Shown here: one piece after another, positions 1 to 10,480 of the stretch | Layout: every line of letters begins with the position of its first letter | Position numbering within the stretch: the stretch's first letter is position 1 | Origin: an uncultured virus (IMG/VR IMGVR_UViG_3300001242_000018) | Taxonomy: Duplodnaviria; Heunggongvirae; Uroviricota; Caudoviricetes | Reading direction: 5' to 3' (one strand) | Virus record (IMG/VR): IMGVR_UViG_3300001242_000018 | Coordinates: 62,001 to 126,000 of that record | Length of the DNA: 64,000 bases | The notes under the pieces: model-generated | Databases searched by the model: none | Told to the model about the DNA's origin: nothing | The model's input: only the letters and a program-made list of their open reading frames with translations | Program-made: the position numbers and the translations under genes

Positions 1-20
1 ATTACGGGGGTGAATAATAA

Positions 21-3000
21 GTGAACTACTTCGTAGCTCATATATATGCCGAAATTACACCCGGGAGTATTTACATTACCGTAGAGCTACCTGCGCAGGT
101 AGATAATACGGTAACAGAATTATCTAAGATTAAGCTTAGTAATTTAACCGTAGGTGAACTTTTAAAACCGGCTATAGATGAATTTGCCACTAAGCATAAA
201 CTAAATGCTGAAAACATTAATGTTAATCAATATTACATCCATTTGACCGATAGTATGGTACCTGTCGCGGTCTGTTTTTCTGATGGACAAATAGCAACAG
301 CTAAAAGTAACGAGTATATTTATGGATACTACACTCCTATTGTCGCACCGCCTCTCGCGCCGGCAAACTTTACCGGAGTGCTGCTACCGGATTATAGCGG
401 TGTTAGGTGGACATGGTCTGATATATTAAACGAGCAAAAGTATTGTATCCTAGATGAGAATAATACGATATTAAAGGAACTTCCCAAGAATAGTAGCGAG
501 TGGATAGAACCGGTGACTTGTAATGGACGGACGATTAAAAGAAAAGTTGCCGGGTATAATTCTGCCGGTATGGGAATTGCCAGTACTTTTGCTGATATAA
601 CATTACCTTCTATATCAGATAGCTCTCCTTACGGTTTAAAGGGACGTTGTCTTAGTTTATCGGGTATTCTGTGGAGTTGGAATTACACGGGCCCTAAAGG
701 TCACTACAACTTATATGATGGTATAACCGACGAATTGTTAAAATCATTTGATAGCGATAATTGTAGTTGTACAGAGATAGAACTCGTGCCAGGTATTTAT
801 AGCAGAAGGTTAAGAGTGGTTACGGATGAGCAGACAAGTGAATTTACTAATGAGGCAGTCGTAGTTATTCCTGATACTGTACATGAATTAAAGCCAAGTA
901 AGCCAAGTCTTAACGGGTCTGCATCCGGGCCTAACTCCATTGTTTATCAATGGATTGATAATGGTAATGTAGATGAATTTTATATTTGTGATGAAGATGG
1001 CACAATACTTCATAATATACCTGGCGGCGTTGGGTATTTCAGCGAAGAGAATCTTGATACCGATATTACTTATAGAAGACGTCTCCAGGCTTATAACGAG
1101 TTCGGAGTAAGTGAACTATCGGATATCGTATTTATCCAATTAGTATCTATGACATTTAAACCAATTGTTGAGTGTCCAATTGAACATAATGCTCACTATA
1201 TACCACAAGGACGTATTAAAGCTTTCAAAAGTGGTGTAGGTGATGGTCTTGATCTATTTGTAAAGGGAATTCTTACAAAGGCTAATAGTGCCCCTATTAT
1301 TGATACGATGGAGCAATATCTCTCTGACGAAGCTCAGTTACCTGTATCCGCTATGGCAAGTAGTACTGATTGGTATGTAACAGATTCGTGGGTTAAGCAA
1401 TATGTTGATAATCTTGGTCACAACTGTATCTCTAGTTATACAGCATTTGAAATTGTATTAGATGTAGAAAGAAAAGTATTAAAAGGGTTTAATTATTACC
1501 CTGTTAAAATACTACCTTATCAGTTTTACACACAAGGTAATTATTATAATTACGACCCCGGTCAGCTCAAACTAATACTAAAGGCAATACCGGAAGCACG
1601 AGCTGTCATAGATGTTTGTGGTCAAGTTACTGATAAAATATCTGCTAATATTAAAGTAACTTCCGACGTTTTCTATCAGAGTTGTGATTCAAGTGATATT
1701 GATTATACTGTCAATATTAACTTTGATAGTATAGGTGTCCAAAGAATTGTCGATGATGTATTAGCAAGTGGGATAAATTGGGAAATGATAGTAGATGATT
1801 TCGCTCTTGTCTCATATACCTTAAAGGTAGATACGGGTAATAAAAGTTACGAGATTACCGACAGAGAAGGGATTATGTATTTATGGCTGCCTACTATTAC
1901 AGGTACGCCACAAATAGCTCATGTTCAAATTGGTAATGACTTATATATTAATTTAACACTTGGTGAAATTCTGTCGCGTTATATCGATCATGGCGGTACC
2001 ATAGTACCAAGTAATATCTTGTCTATATTAAATAGCGCCAAGATTACTATTTATGATGATAACTTTACCGTTACCTGGACGGGACTAACCGATATCACAA
2101 CAGATATTAGCTCCCGGCTTGAAACTCTATTTGATACTACACCTATAGCTACACAACTCGGCTCCTATATATTTGATAACCCTGTACGTCTTAGTATATC
2201 TAACGATCAGGATAATAAGTTACTTGTTTACTCATTATCTAAGCTGCTAAAGAATATTAATACTGGACAGCGACTTGAAATAATAGAAGAGTATAGCGAC
2301 GGTAGTTCTCGTAATATAAACCATCTTGTCGAGTTTACCAGTAGTCATCCTAACATAGCTATCGTCACTAGTGATGGTGTTGTATACGGTATGAGTCCGG
2401 GAGAGACTAATATAGCAGTTGGCAAGCCGGGCCAGGGTACGCTTTTATGGGTTCATGTAACTATTAATGAATATGGTACTGTAACGATTTCTACAGCTGC
2501 AGAATCTATAATAGAACCGGTATCTATAGATATAATAAAAGAACCCATATTCAGTAGCAAAGCTAATGAAATCTTACCATTAAGTGAACTAGAAGAAGGG
2601 GATCAATTCATATTCTCAGGTAGAGTATGGATACTTCTCGAAGAGGTTACTACATATGATAGGGTTATATTAAAAACTCCATTAGCCCCTATGGCATTTG
2701 ATAATGATGTAAATGACAAATATTATAATCCAGATGATTCTGATAATATAGCTTACTATCTTAACCATACTTTCTATAATACGTTTACAGTAGAGGAAAA
2801 AGGTTTACTTATTAATCCTACATTTTGTTCTAAAGTAGAACTACCTAGTGCTGCTAGTTATAAAGAACTTTTTGATAATGTTTATAAGAACATACCTTCA
2901 CTTTGGAGTTGGAGTTACGGTATAGGTGGAAGATATGCTTATTATCCAGGTAGTCCAGGCGAGAATATATATACTAATGTTACTTCACCGTGTCATGTTG

Positions 3001-6000
3001 TTCCGCAAATTTACTTGAACAAGACTATGCTTGTAGAGAAAGTAGATACCAGTATCGTTTTGGTAGATAGTATAACTCTTAATATAAGTAGTTTATATTT
3101 AGAAATAGGTAGATACTCTAGTCCTGGATATGAAATGTTACCTACTAATCCTACAGATAGGAGTGTTACATGGAGTAGTTCTAATACTAGTATAGCTACT
3201 GTAGATAGTATTACCGGAAGAATAAAAGCTGTAGGTGTAGGTACTTGTAATATTACTATTACGGCCAATGATGCCTCACATGCAAGTGATAGCATGAGTG
3301 TTACTGTAATACAAGGGCCGCCCGGATACGTACGTATAACCGATTTTAGAGCAGGAGATGAATTTATATTCTCTGGTAGATCATGGATATTCGTTAATCA
3401 TCCCGATTCTACTAGTTGTGAGGCTATGTTAAAAACTCCGTTACCTCCTATGGCATTTGATAAAAGTCCAGGTGACGAGGTGGAGTATATTCCAACCGAT
3501 CCTGACAATGTAGCTTACTATCTCAATAATAATTTCTATAATACATTTACTACTGATGAACAAAATCTAATCTTAATTGCTGATGATTACGATGCTGATT
3601 ATAAGATAACAATTCCAGACGACGGTAGCGATTTAATGAATCTTGTTTTTAAAGACATACCTTCGTTATGGATAATGAGCGGTAGAACTACAACACAGGG
3701 TATTTTCTGTCCTAGCACTTCTTATGGTGAGGAGTATTATGTCAATGTTGATGAACTACATCATGTAGTTCCAGTTATAAAACTACCAAATACCTTATTT
3801 GTTGAACCAGTAATTGTTCCACCGGTTCTTCCAAGAAATATAGTTTTAAACGTTTATGAACTTTCTTTAAGAATTAACGAGGTATTTACATTAGAATACG
3901 ATGTATATCCAATTTATACTACGGATAAAAGCATTACTTGGTATAATGCAAATCCCGATATCGTTAATATTGATCAAAATAGAGTAATAACAGCTATACA
4001 TGCTGGGAGTGGTTATATTAGTCTTACATGTAATGCTGATACGAACGTAAACACCGGTATTTACGTTACGGTATTACCACCCGATCCGGTTGCGATTCCT
4101 ATAACCAACATGTATTTAAATCAAGAGATGCAATCTTTAAGAATTGATCAGACACATACGTTAATGCATACTATATTACCCGTTGACGCTACTAACAAGA
4201 TTCTCGCATGGAGTAGTGATAATACAAATGTCGCTACTGTAGATAGTAACGGAGTAGTACGAGGTGTAAGTATAGGTACCTGTATCATTACGGCAAGAAC
4301 TAGTGACGGATCTTATTTAAATGATACTTGTATTATTACCGTAACGACAGCAGTTATAAGTTTTAGTCTTAATTTATCTTCATATACATTCGGTGTTTAC
4401 CCTGCCAACTTGGGTATTGATACGATGAATGTATATTATTCCATAACTCCGAGTGATGCTACAAATAAGAATATTATATGGAGTTCTAGTGACGAATCGA
4501 TAGCTACGGTAGCTCCTTGTGAAACGAATTATAGTCGTGTTACGGCAAGGAATTATGGTCAATGTATTATTACAGGTACAACAGAAGATGGAGGACTTAC
4601 TGATTCAATAGTTGTAACAATTGTAGACCCTACAATACATGTTACAAATGTATGGATTAATCCGGAATACGTAGATACGGTATCGAATCAATCCTATATT
4701 ACGTTAAGCTTAGGAATACTTCCTTTTAATGCTGCTGATAGAAGTGTTACATGGTCGACTAGTAACTCTAATGTAGCAGTTCCGGATCCTAACGTATCAG
4801 GACGAATTAATATTATAGGCCCTGGTGAATGTACTATTACTGTAAGAACTAATGATGGTGGACTTACTGATTCGTCAATCATAACGGTTACTCCTGCTAT
4901 TTATGTAACCGGTATAACTCTTACACCAGATCGTATCGATACCAATATTGGTCAATCATCTGTTATGTTAACGGCGACCGTATCGCCCTCTAATGCTACA
5001 AACAAAAGCATTACATGGTCGACTAGTAATTCTAACGTAGTAGTTCCGGATTCTGCCGTTTCGGGAAAAGTTAATATTACGGGCCCAGGTGAATGCCTGG
5101 TTACTGTAAGAACCGATGATGGAGGATTTACTGATAGCTCTCTTATTAATGTTGATAGTAGGATTCCTGTCACCTGGATTAGTGTAGCACCGGGTATTGC
5201 TACCTTATCTAGATTTGAAACACAAGCATTAACTGCAACAATATATCCTACTAATGCTACAAATAAGAATGTCAGATGGTCTAGTGATAATCCAATCGTA
5301 GCCACTGTTGATGATAATGGAATAGTAACTGGAGCTTGGTATGGTTATTGTACTATAATAGCGACAACCGAAGATGGTGAATATACTGATACTTGCGTTG
5401 TTAGTATACCGTATATTGGTATAACGAATATCGAAACTGAATACGAAGCTATATATTGTAACATAACAGAATCTGTTAATTTATTCAACTATGTCAATAT
5501 TTATCCTGCAAACGCTACAGAACAAATAGTTTGGCATTGTGATATACCTGGTATTATCTCTATTGACGAATACGGTAATATTACTTGTATTAGCGGAGGT
5601 AGCGTTAGAATTACCGGAACTTGTACAAATGGTACTCAAGTATCATTCGAGTTTACAGTAGATACTACTCTTGTGCCGACACTTGTTAGAGTTATTGCTG
5701 TACCAGCAAGCATTACTTTACCAGCCGGCGTCGGAGTAACGATACCATCGTATATGAAGCTCAATGTCAAAGGCGTTACCTTAAATTGGACTCGGAAAGA
5801 CGTACTAAGTTTCGGTCTCTTCGGTGATAATGTCCTTGGTTGGTGGTCTGGAGATATAATCGAGGTACCAGAGCATCATGTTAAAACTTATGTATCTACT
5901 ATTTCAGATGTGTATGATTGGCGAGGGCCTGCTGTGGGCCCGTTATTCGGAAGTGAAATTAATGGGCCACTTAATGTATTTGGCATTACTGTTAAAGAGA

Positions 6001-9000
6001 TCATTGCAAATGAATTTCCAGATATCGATCAAAACACTGTTACTAATATCAAGGTAGATGGTCATGGTATAAATAACGATATGGTAGTTGTTTTTATGGA
6101 TGAAGATTACGTATGGGCTTATACCACAGGACAAAAAGATAGTTGTCACGTACCATATAGATTTGCATGGAGCGTTGATATGATCGGTAGTGATGGTATT
6201 ACTACGTATAACGTAAACGTAGGCCCATTCTATTCCGAGATTACGAAGTGTAATCAGCTGCACAAGATTACAGGACATTCATTACGTAGACATATAAATG
6301 AAAAGGCTCTTGCGGCATTAAAGGCAAGTTACCCTAATTTTAATATCTCACCATTAGAGTTAGTAGATGTTACCCTTACACCAAGAATGCCGGTTGACGT
6401 ATTCTGGAAATTAGATGAAACTGAACGGGTTACTGTATGGACAACTCACGAAACGTTTGTCAGTAATTATCAACATACTTACCCAGTAATCCTGGATAAG
6501 GATATTATTATTACACCGGATAGTACAAGTGACAATCCATTGAATGTAAGTATTAATACCTTAACTGAATTGTTTATAGACTGGTATAATAATTCTCCTA
6601 TATATTATCCCTTTGCGAAACCGCTCAGCTACACTATCGCAATAGGAAGTACAGAGTGGGGAAGAAGGAAATTAAAGTTCGATACTATTCAGCCAGTTCC
6701 AGATCCTGAAGGTATCTGGGATCCTAATAATTCTAGTCCACTTGAGATATGGTACGATGGTATCGGCACATATACCGGACAAGCTACCGGTGTAGAATGT
6801 AAAGCTAAACGAGATGAAGACGGTATTGTGCATGTCTTTACCAGTAATGGTATAAGTCTTGTGAATAGTACAGGAGAGGTATATAGCGGAGAAGAGGTAG
6901 TTAAATGGAGTGCTCATATACAAGATAGTAATGGATTAGGTTTATTATCCTGGGCGGCCGATAATCAGGTTGACTTAAGTACATTATTTACCGGTGTTAT
7001 AGCATCTATATGGTTTAGAAACTTACCAGGTGCCGTTACTAATGAGATTAATTTAGCTTCTAGTGAACCTATAGAAGTAGAGTACGTAGTTAAAGACCAG
7101 GTTACTATACCATGGAGTTTAGATGTAAATGTTGAGTATAGCGTCGCGGTTGCGTCTTCTTATGGGGGGATCGCGTTTACTAGTATAAGTAACCCGAATG
7201 TACCGTTAAGCAGTGCTTACCGACGGGTACTACCTACTGAAAGTATAATCGCCCATGTAGAGGAAGTCTCAAGAATTGAAACAGGAATATTGAAATCAGA
7301 TGTTAAAGTTGCAAGGATAAATGGATTAGAACCATTTAATCAAAACGGAAGTGGTTGGGTACCATTTGAAGGTGTATGTAATGCACCAGAACCATTGAAT
7401 AATTGGTTTAATGTAAAATACGGTGTTATGTTTCCTGACATCGTATTACCAGATATCAATCTTGAATTCTTCTGGAATAATTATAATAACTACAACACGG
7501 TACCTGTAAATGGAGAATCTTTTACTATTAAATATTACCATATCGAGTTAAAACCAGATGGCTATGAAAAATCATGGGTAGAACAAATCTTAAAGAGAAC
7601 TAAAGAGAATATGTATTGTTGCGGTTGTGCGGCCGGTTTTGACAGTTATGGAATTGGCGGAGGTAGTATAGGCGGTTCTATTGGGGGTAGTTATCCAGGA
7701 GGTGCTATAGGCGGCGGTACCGGTAGCTATCCAGGAGGGATAGGTTATCCAGGAGGTTACCCTGGTAATTATCCCGGGGCTTATCCTGGAGGTTACCCTG
7801 GCGGCGGAAGTTATTCTGGCGGTTACTATACGACACCGGTAGCGCCCGGTTCTATATACGCACCCGTTAAACCATGGATATCGCCGGGCGGACAGAACCT
7901 ACCAGGAGGTACCGATATATCGTGGGAAAACGGATTGATTAGAATTCGTATTCCCAGTTACCCTGGCGAAGACTTTGATATTAATTTAAATACGGACGAC
8001 CCGAATATCGAATTCGAGATAGATCATATTGATGAATCAGAACCCGGCTGGCGTACTTACTACCTTAACTTGAAAACAATAATACCTGAATTAGGTAGAT
8101 GGAATCCGTTAATTAAGTCGGGTTACTATTATCTTGGTAGTGATGAATATTATCTATTTGTAGATACAAGACCCGAGGCTAAACCTATTGTTATTAAAGA
8201 GTTTGATACTGAGAGTATCAAACTGGAAATTATATTTGAAACAGATGCAGAGCAAAATGCTGACAGTCAAGTTATAGGACACGTAGTAGAGAACTTTGCT
8301 GCAGGAGTTACGACTGGCGGAGTTATTATAAATAACGAGAATAAATCCCTAACCTTGAATCAATCTAATACCGGGTGGCAAGCAGGTATCTTCACGTCCG
8401 ATTGGATATCGGTAAGTAGTGGTATTCAAGAATGGAAATACTTCGAAGCTAAAGGTTATATTCCACAAGGTAGCCTTAACACAGAAGTTAGGTTTAAGGT
8501 TAATGGTGAAATTAGTAATTGGTATTTAATCGCTAATGGTACAAAACCATTGGTACCAATGGGTACAGAAATTCAATATAGGCTCATTATGCAGCAAGGT
8601 ACTATCCAGGTACCAAACAATACAGAGTTTGCCTGGGACGGAAATATGCTTTCAGATATAGAGTGCCATAATGTTGTAATTAACGATGAGGGTTATATCA
8701 CTGCACAAGATTTACTATCAGATATGGTACTAATATCTAACCCAATATCGTCTGAGAGCTTATCAAAGTTTATTCATAAGTGGGATATACTATGGATCGA
8801 TGGATGGGTGCCCGAAGGCTCTATACTCGAATTAAATACCTCAACAAGTTCGAGTATTATGGGCCCATGGAATGAATGGGTACTGGTAGACGATGTAACA
8901 GGGTTTATCAAATCCACTCAAGAACCATATATTAAGTGGAAGGTTGTAGCCAGGAAAGGAGATGGAAGACAAGCTCCTGTTATTGAACGGATAGTACTAG

Positions 9001-10469
9001 GTGCTGTAGCTACTATGGAAGATATCTTCCCACCCTATATCGGTAGTGTACGGATCGAGTTATCCAGACCTCAAGGTATTTATCCGACAGATGTTAAGAT
9101 TAATAAATCAGCTGCTTTAAAAACAGATGGTTTGTTCTATGATATAACAGAGGGTAAAACCTTAAAGCAAATGGTGGATGAGTATATCTATCTAAATGAA
9201 GCTGAGTACGAAAATGTCCGTAGATACAGAGTCTTTGGCCCAGTCGGAGTCGAATTTAGATATGATAGCAATGGTACAACATCTGTACACGCTGCTATCA
9301 AAGAAGTTAGGAAGATTGATGTAACGATAACTGATAACTTTGTTTTAGATACGGCTAACGAAATCGAGGTATATCCTGTACCTAGACAAGGGGCTCCTAT
9401 TGTAGTCTACGATAATAGAGAAGAACCGTTACGCCAAGTGTTCTTTACCGATAGTGACGGTAAGCCTACCCTTATAAATACTGAAATTATAATCGGTGAT
9501 GGTACTAATAGGGTCGATCTAGCTCACATGGGTATAGATCCTAATAGTCTAGATATTGCCATAGATTGGACTGGCTTTGATAAGTGGGAGTCGGTCGATA
9601 TCGAAGATGTAATATTATACGACAGTATAATATGGCTGGCGTACAAGGTAAGTGAAAATACAAAAATCCGGGTTCGGTATTGTTTAACGGGTAGTTTCTA
9701 TGTCGATTATAACTACAAACCCGAAAACGACCTGATTAAGATAAAAGTTTACGATCCCGTGTTAGGTCTAGACCGTAAAATCAAGGTATATTACGAGACT
9801 AATAACTGGTCATCGTACTATAAGGCCGAAGAAGTAAACTTAAATCCTATTATGAGCATAGAAGAAGGTAGATTCTTATTTATCAGCGATAGGATACCGG
9901 TACCTACTACGATAGATATACATGTTTCGCCAGATACTCTCCTGGGTAATGGTATAGACCAGGCAAGTATATTTGCCATAGTTCGTGACGAGTTTGGAAA
10001 TCCAATACCTCACGAACCCGTATCATTTACAAGTACCGATGGTGTTGTTACACCGGCTAATACAGAAACAAACTTTAACGGAGTAGCAATTGCTAAGTAC
10101 ATCGTACCATCAAAGGTTATAACCCAAGCTAAGCAAATAGTAATAAAGGCTCATGCTACAGGAGTAGAAACTTCTAAAGTCGTAAAGCTTTCTCCGGAAG
10201 CTATCACTGGTAAGTTGATAATTACTGGGCCATCTATTTTAAGTAGTGGAGTTGCTACACTAACCATTACAGGAACTGATGGTAATTATCAACCGTTAAA
10301 TGGCGATATTAAAGTTGTCATAGGTAATAAGATACACATATATCAGTTAGTTAGTGGTAAGGTAGGTGTAGAGATACCTTACGAAACTATACCGAATAAG
10401 AATAAGAAGTTACTAATAAAAGCAATTAAAGATAATCTTATTACATCCTTTGTGATGTACGTAGTTTAA
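21..10469 (+). CDS. Giant 3482-aa virion/tail protein: N-terminal FN3-like repeats, many Big_2 Ig-like domains, two DUF6273-like domains, a Gly-Tyr-Pro repeat and a C-terminal Big_1-like domain
   Basis: Repeated Big_2 motifs 'P.NAT.K.V.WSS.N..VATVD..G.V.....G.C.IT..T.DG'; FN3-like 'Y.RRLQAYNEFGVS'; invasin-like 'A.I.A.V.D..GNP....V.F' near the C-terminus; SD GGGGGTG before the GTG start. Confidence 0.75.
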   Translation: MNYFVAHIYAEITPGSIYITVELPAQVDNTVTELSKIKLSNLTVGELLKPAIDEFATKHKLNAENINVNQYYIHLTDSMVPVAVCFSDGQIATAKSNEYIYGYYTPIVAPPLAPANFTGVLLPDYSGVRWTWSDILNEQKYCILDENNTILKELPKNSSEWIEPVTCNGRTIKRKVAGYNSAGMGIASTFADITLPSISDSSPYGLKGRCLSLSGILWSWNYTGPKGHYNLYDGITDELLKSFDSDNCSCTEIELVPGIYSRRLRVVTDEQTSEFTNEAVVVIPDTVHELKPSKPSLNGSASGPNSIVYQWIDNGNVDEFYICDEDGTILHNIPGGVGYFSEENLDTDITYRRRLQAYNEFGVSELSDIVFIQLVSMTFKPIVECPIEHNAHYIPQGRIKAFKSGVGDGLDLFVKGILTKANSAPIIDTMEQYLSDEAQLPVSAMASSTDWYVTDSWVKQYVDNLGHNCISSYTAFEIVLDVERKVLKGFNYYPVKILPYQFYTQGNYYNYDPGQLKLILKAIPEARAVIDVCGQVTDKISANIKVTSDVFYQSCDSSDIDYTVNINFDSIGVQRIVDDVLASGINWEMIVDDFALVSYTLKVDTGNKSYEITDREGIMYLWLPTITGTPQIAHVQIGNDLYINLTLGEILSRYIDHGGTIVPSNILSILNSAKITIYDDNFTVTWTGLTDITTDISSRLETLFDTTPIATQLGSYIFDNPVRLSISNDQDNKLLVYSLSKLLKNINTGQRLEIIEEYSDGSSRNINHLVEFTSSHPNIAIVTSDGVVYGMSPGETNIAVGKPGQGTLLWVHVTINEYGTVTISTAAESIIEPVSIDIIKEPIFSSKANEILPLSELEEGDQFIFSGRVWILLEEVTTYDRVILKTPLAPMAFDNDVNDKYYNPDDSDNIAYYLNHTFYNTFTVEEKGLLINPTFCSKVELPSAASYKELFDNVYKNIPSLWSWSYGIGGRYAYYPGSPGENIYTNVTSPCHVVPQIYLNKTMLVEKVDTSIVLVDSITLNISSLYLEIGRYSSPGYEMLPTNPTDRSVTWSSSNTSIATVDSITGRIKAVGVGTCNITITANDASHASDSMSVTVIQGPPGYVRITDFRAGDEFIFSGRSWIFVNHPDSTSCEAMLKTPLPPMAFDKSPGDEVEYIPTDPDNVAYYLNNNFYNTFTTDEQNLILIADDYDADYKITIPDDGSDLMNLVFKDIPSLWIMSGRTTTQGIFCPSTSYGEEYYVNVDELHHVVPVIKLPNTLFVEPVIVPPVLPRNIVLNVYELSLRINEVFTLEYDVYPIYTTDKSITWYNANPDIVNIDQNRVITAIHAGSGYISLTCNADTNVNTGIYVTVLPPDPVAIPITNMYLNQEMQSLRIDQTHTLMHTILPVDATNKILAWSSDNTNVATVDSNGVVRGVSIGTCIITARTSDGSYLNDTCIITVTTAVISFSLNLSSYTFGVYPANLGIDTMNVYYSITPSDATNKNIIWSSSDESIATVAPCETNYSRVTARNYGQCIITGTTEDGGLTDSIVVTIVDPTIHVTNVWINPEYVDTVSNQSYITLSLGILPFNAADRSVTWSTSNSNVAVPDPNVSGRINIIGPGECTITVRTNDGGLTDSSIITVTPAIYVTGITLTPDRIDTNIGQSSVMLTATVSPSNATNKSITWSTSNSNVVVPDSAVSGKVNITGPGECLVTVRTDDGGFTDSSLINVDSRIPVTWISVAPGIATLSRFETQALTATIYPTNATNKNVRWSSDNPIVATVDDNGIVTGAWYGYCTIIATTEDGEYTDTCVVSIPYIGITNIETEYEAIYCNITESVNLFNYVNIYPANATEQIVWHCDIPGIISIDEYGNITCISGGSVRITGTCTNGTQVSFEFTVDTTLVPTLVRVIAVPASITLPAGVGVTIPSYMKLNVKGVTLNWTRKDVLSFGLFGDNVLGWWSGDIIEVPEHHVKTYVSTISDVYDWRGPAVGPLFGSEINGPLNVFGITVKEIIANEFPDIDQNTVTNIKVDGHGINNDMVVVFMDEDYVWAYTTGQKDSCHVPYRFAWSVDMIGSDGITTYNVNVGPFYSEITKCNQLHKITGHSLRRHINEKALAALKASYPNFNISPLELVDVTLTPRMPVDVFWKLDETERVTVWTTHETFVSNYQHTYPVILDKDIIITPDSTSDNPLNVSINTLTELFIDWYNNSPIYYPFAKPLSYTIAIGSTEWGRRKLKFDTIQPVPDPEGIWDPNNSSPLEIWYDGIGTYTGQATGVECKAKRDEDGIVHVFTSNGISLVNSTGEVYSGEEVVKWSAHIQDSNGLGLLSWAADNQVDLSTLFTGVIASIWFRNLPGAVTNEINLASSEPIEVEYVVKDQVTIPWSLDVNVEYSVAVASSYGGIAFTSISNPNVPLSSAYRRVLPTESIIAHVEEVSRIETGILKSDVKVARINGLEPFNQNGSGWVPFEGVCNAPEPLNNWFNVKYGVMFPDIVLPDINLEFFWNNYNNYNTVPVNGESFTIKYYHIELKPDGYEKSWVEQILKRTKENMYCCGCAAGFDSYGIGGGSIGGSIGGSYPGGAIGGGTGSYPGGIGYPGGYPGNYPGAYPGGYPGGGSYSGGYYTTPVAPGSIYAPVKPWISPGGQNLPGGTDISWENGLIRIRIPSYPGEDFDINLNTDDPNIEFEIDHIDESEPGWRTYYLNLKTIIPELGRWNPLIKSGYYYLGSDEYYLFVDTRPEAKPIVIKEFDTESIKLEIIFETDAEQNADSQVIGHVVENFAAGVTTGGVIINNENKSLTLNQSNTGWQAGIFTSDWISVSSGIQEWKYFEAKGYIPQGSLNTEVRFKVNGEISNWYLIANGTKPLVPMGTEIQYRLIMQQGTIQVPNNTEFAWDGNMLSDIECHNVVINDEGYITAQDLLSDMVLISNPISSESLSKFIHKWDILWIDGWVPEGSILELNTSTSSSIMGPWNEWVLVDDVTGFIKSTQEPYIKWKVVARKGDGRQAPVIERIVLGAVATMEDIFPPYIGSVRIELSRPQGIYPTDVKINKSAALKTDGLFYDITEGKTLKQMVDEYIYLNEAEYENVRRYRVFGPVGVEFRYDSNGTTSVHAAIKEVRKIDVTITDNFVLDTANEIEVYPVPRQGAPIVVYDNREEPLRQVFFTDSDGKPTLINTEIIIGDGTNRVDLAHMGIDPNSLDIAIDWTGFDKWESVDIEDVILYDSIIWLAYKVSENTKIRVRYCLTGSFYVDYNYKPENDLIKIKVYDPVLGLDRKIKVYYETNNWSSYYKAEEVNLNPIMSIEEGRFLFISDRIPVPTTIDIHVSPDTLLGNGIDQASIFAIVRDEFGNPIPHEPVSFTSTDGVVTPANTETNFNGVAIAKYIVPSKVITQAKQIVIKAHATGVETSKVVKLSPEAITGKLIITGPSILSSGVATLTITGTDGNYQPLNGDIKVVIGNKIHIYQLVSGKVGVEIPYETIPNKNKKLLIKAIKDNLITSFVMYVV

Positions 10470-10480
10470 GGAGGTATATA

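Noticed and set aside
21..10469. Diversity-generating retroelement
   Set aside because: No reverse transcriptase and no template/variable repeat pair with adenine-only mismatches seen in the window
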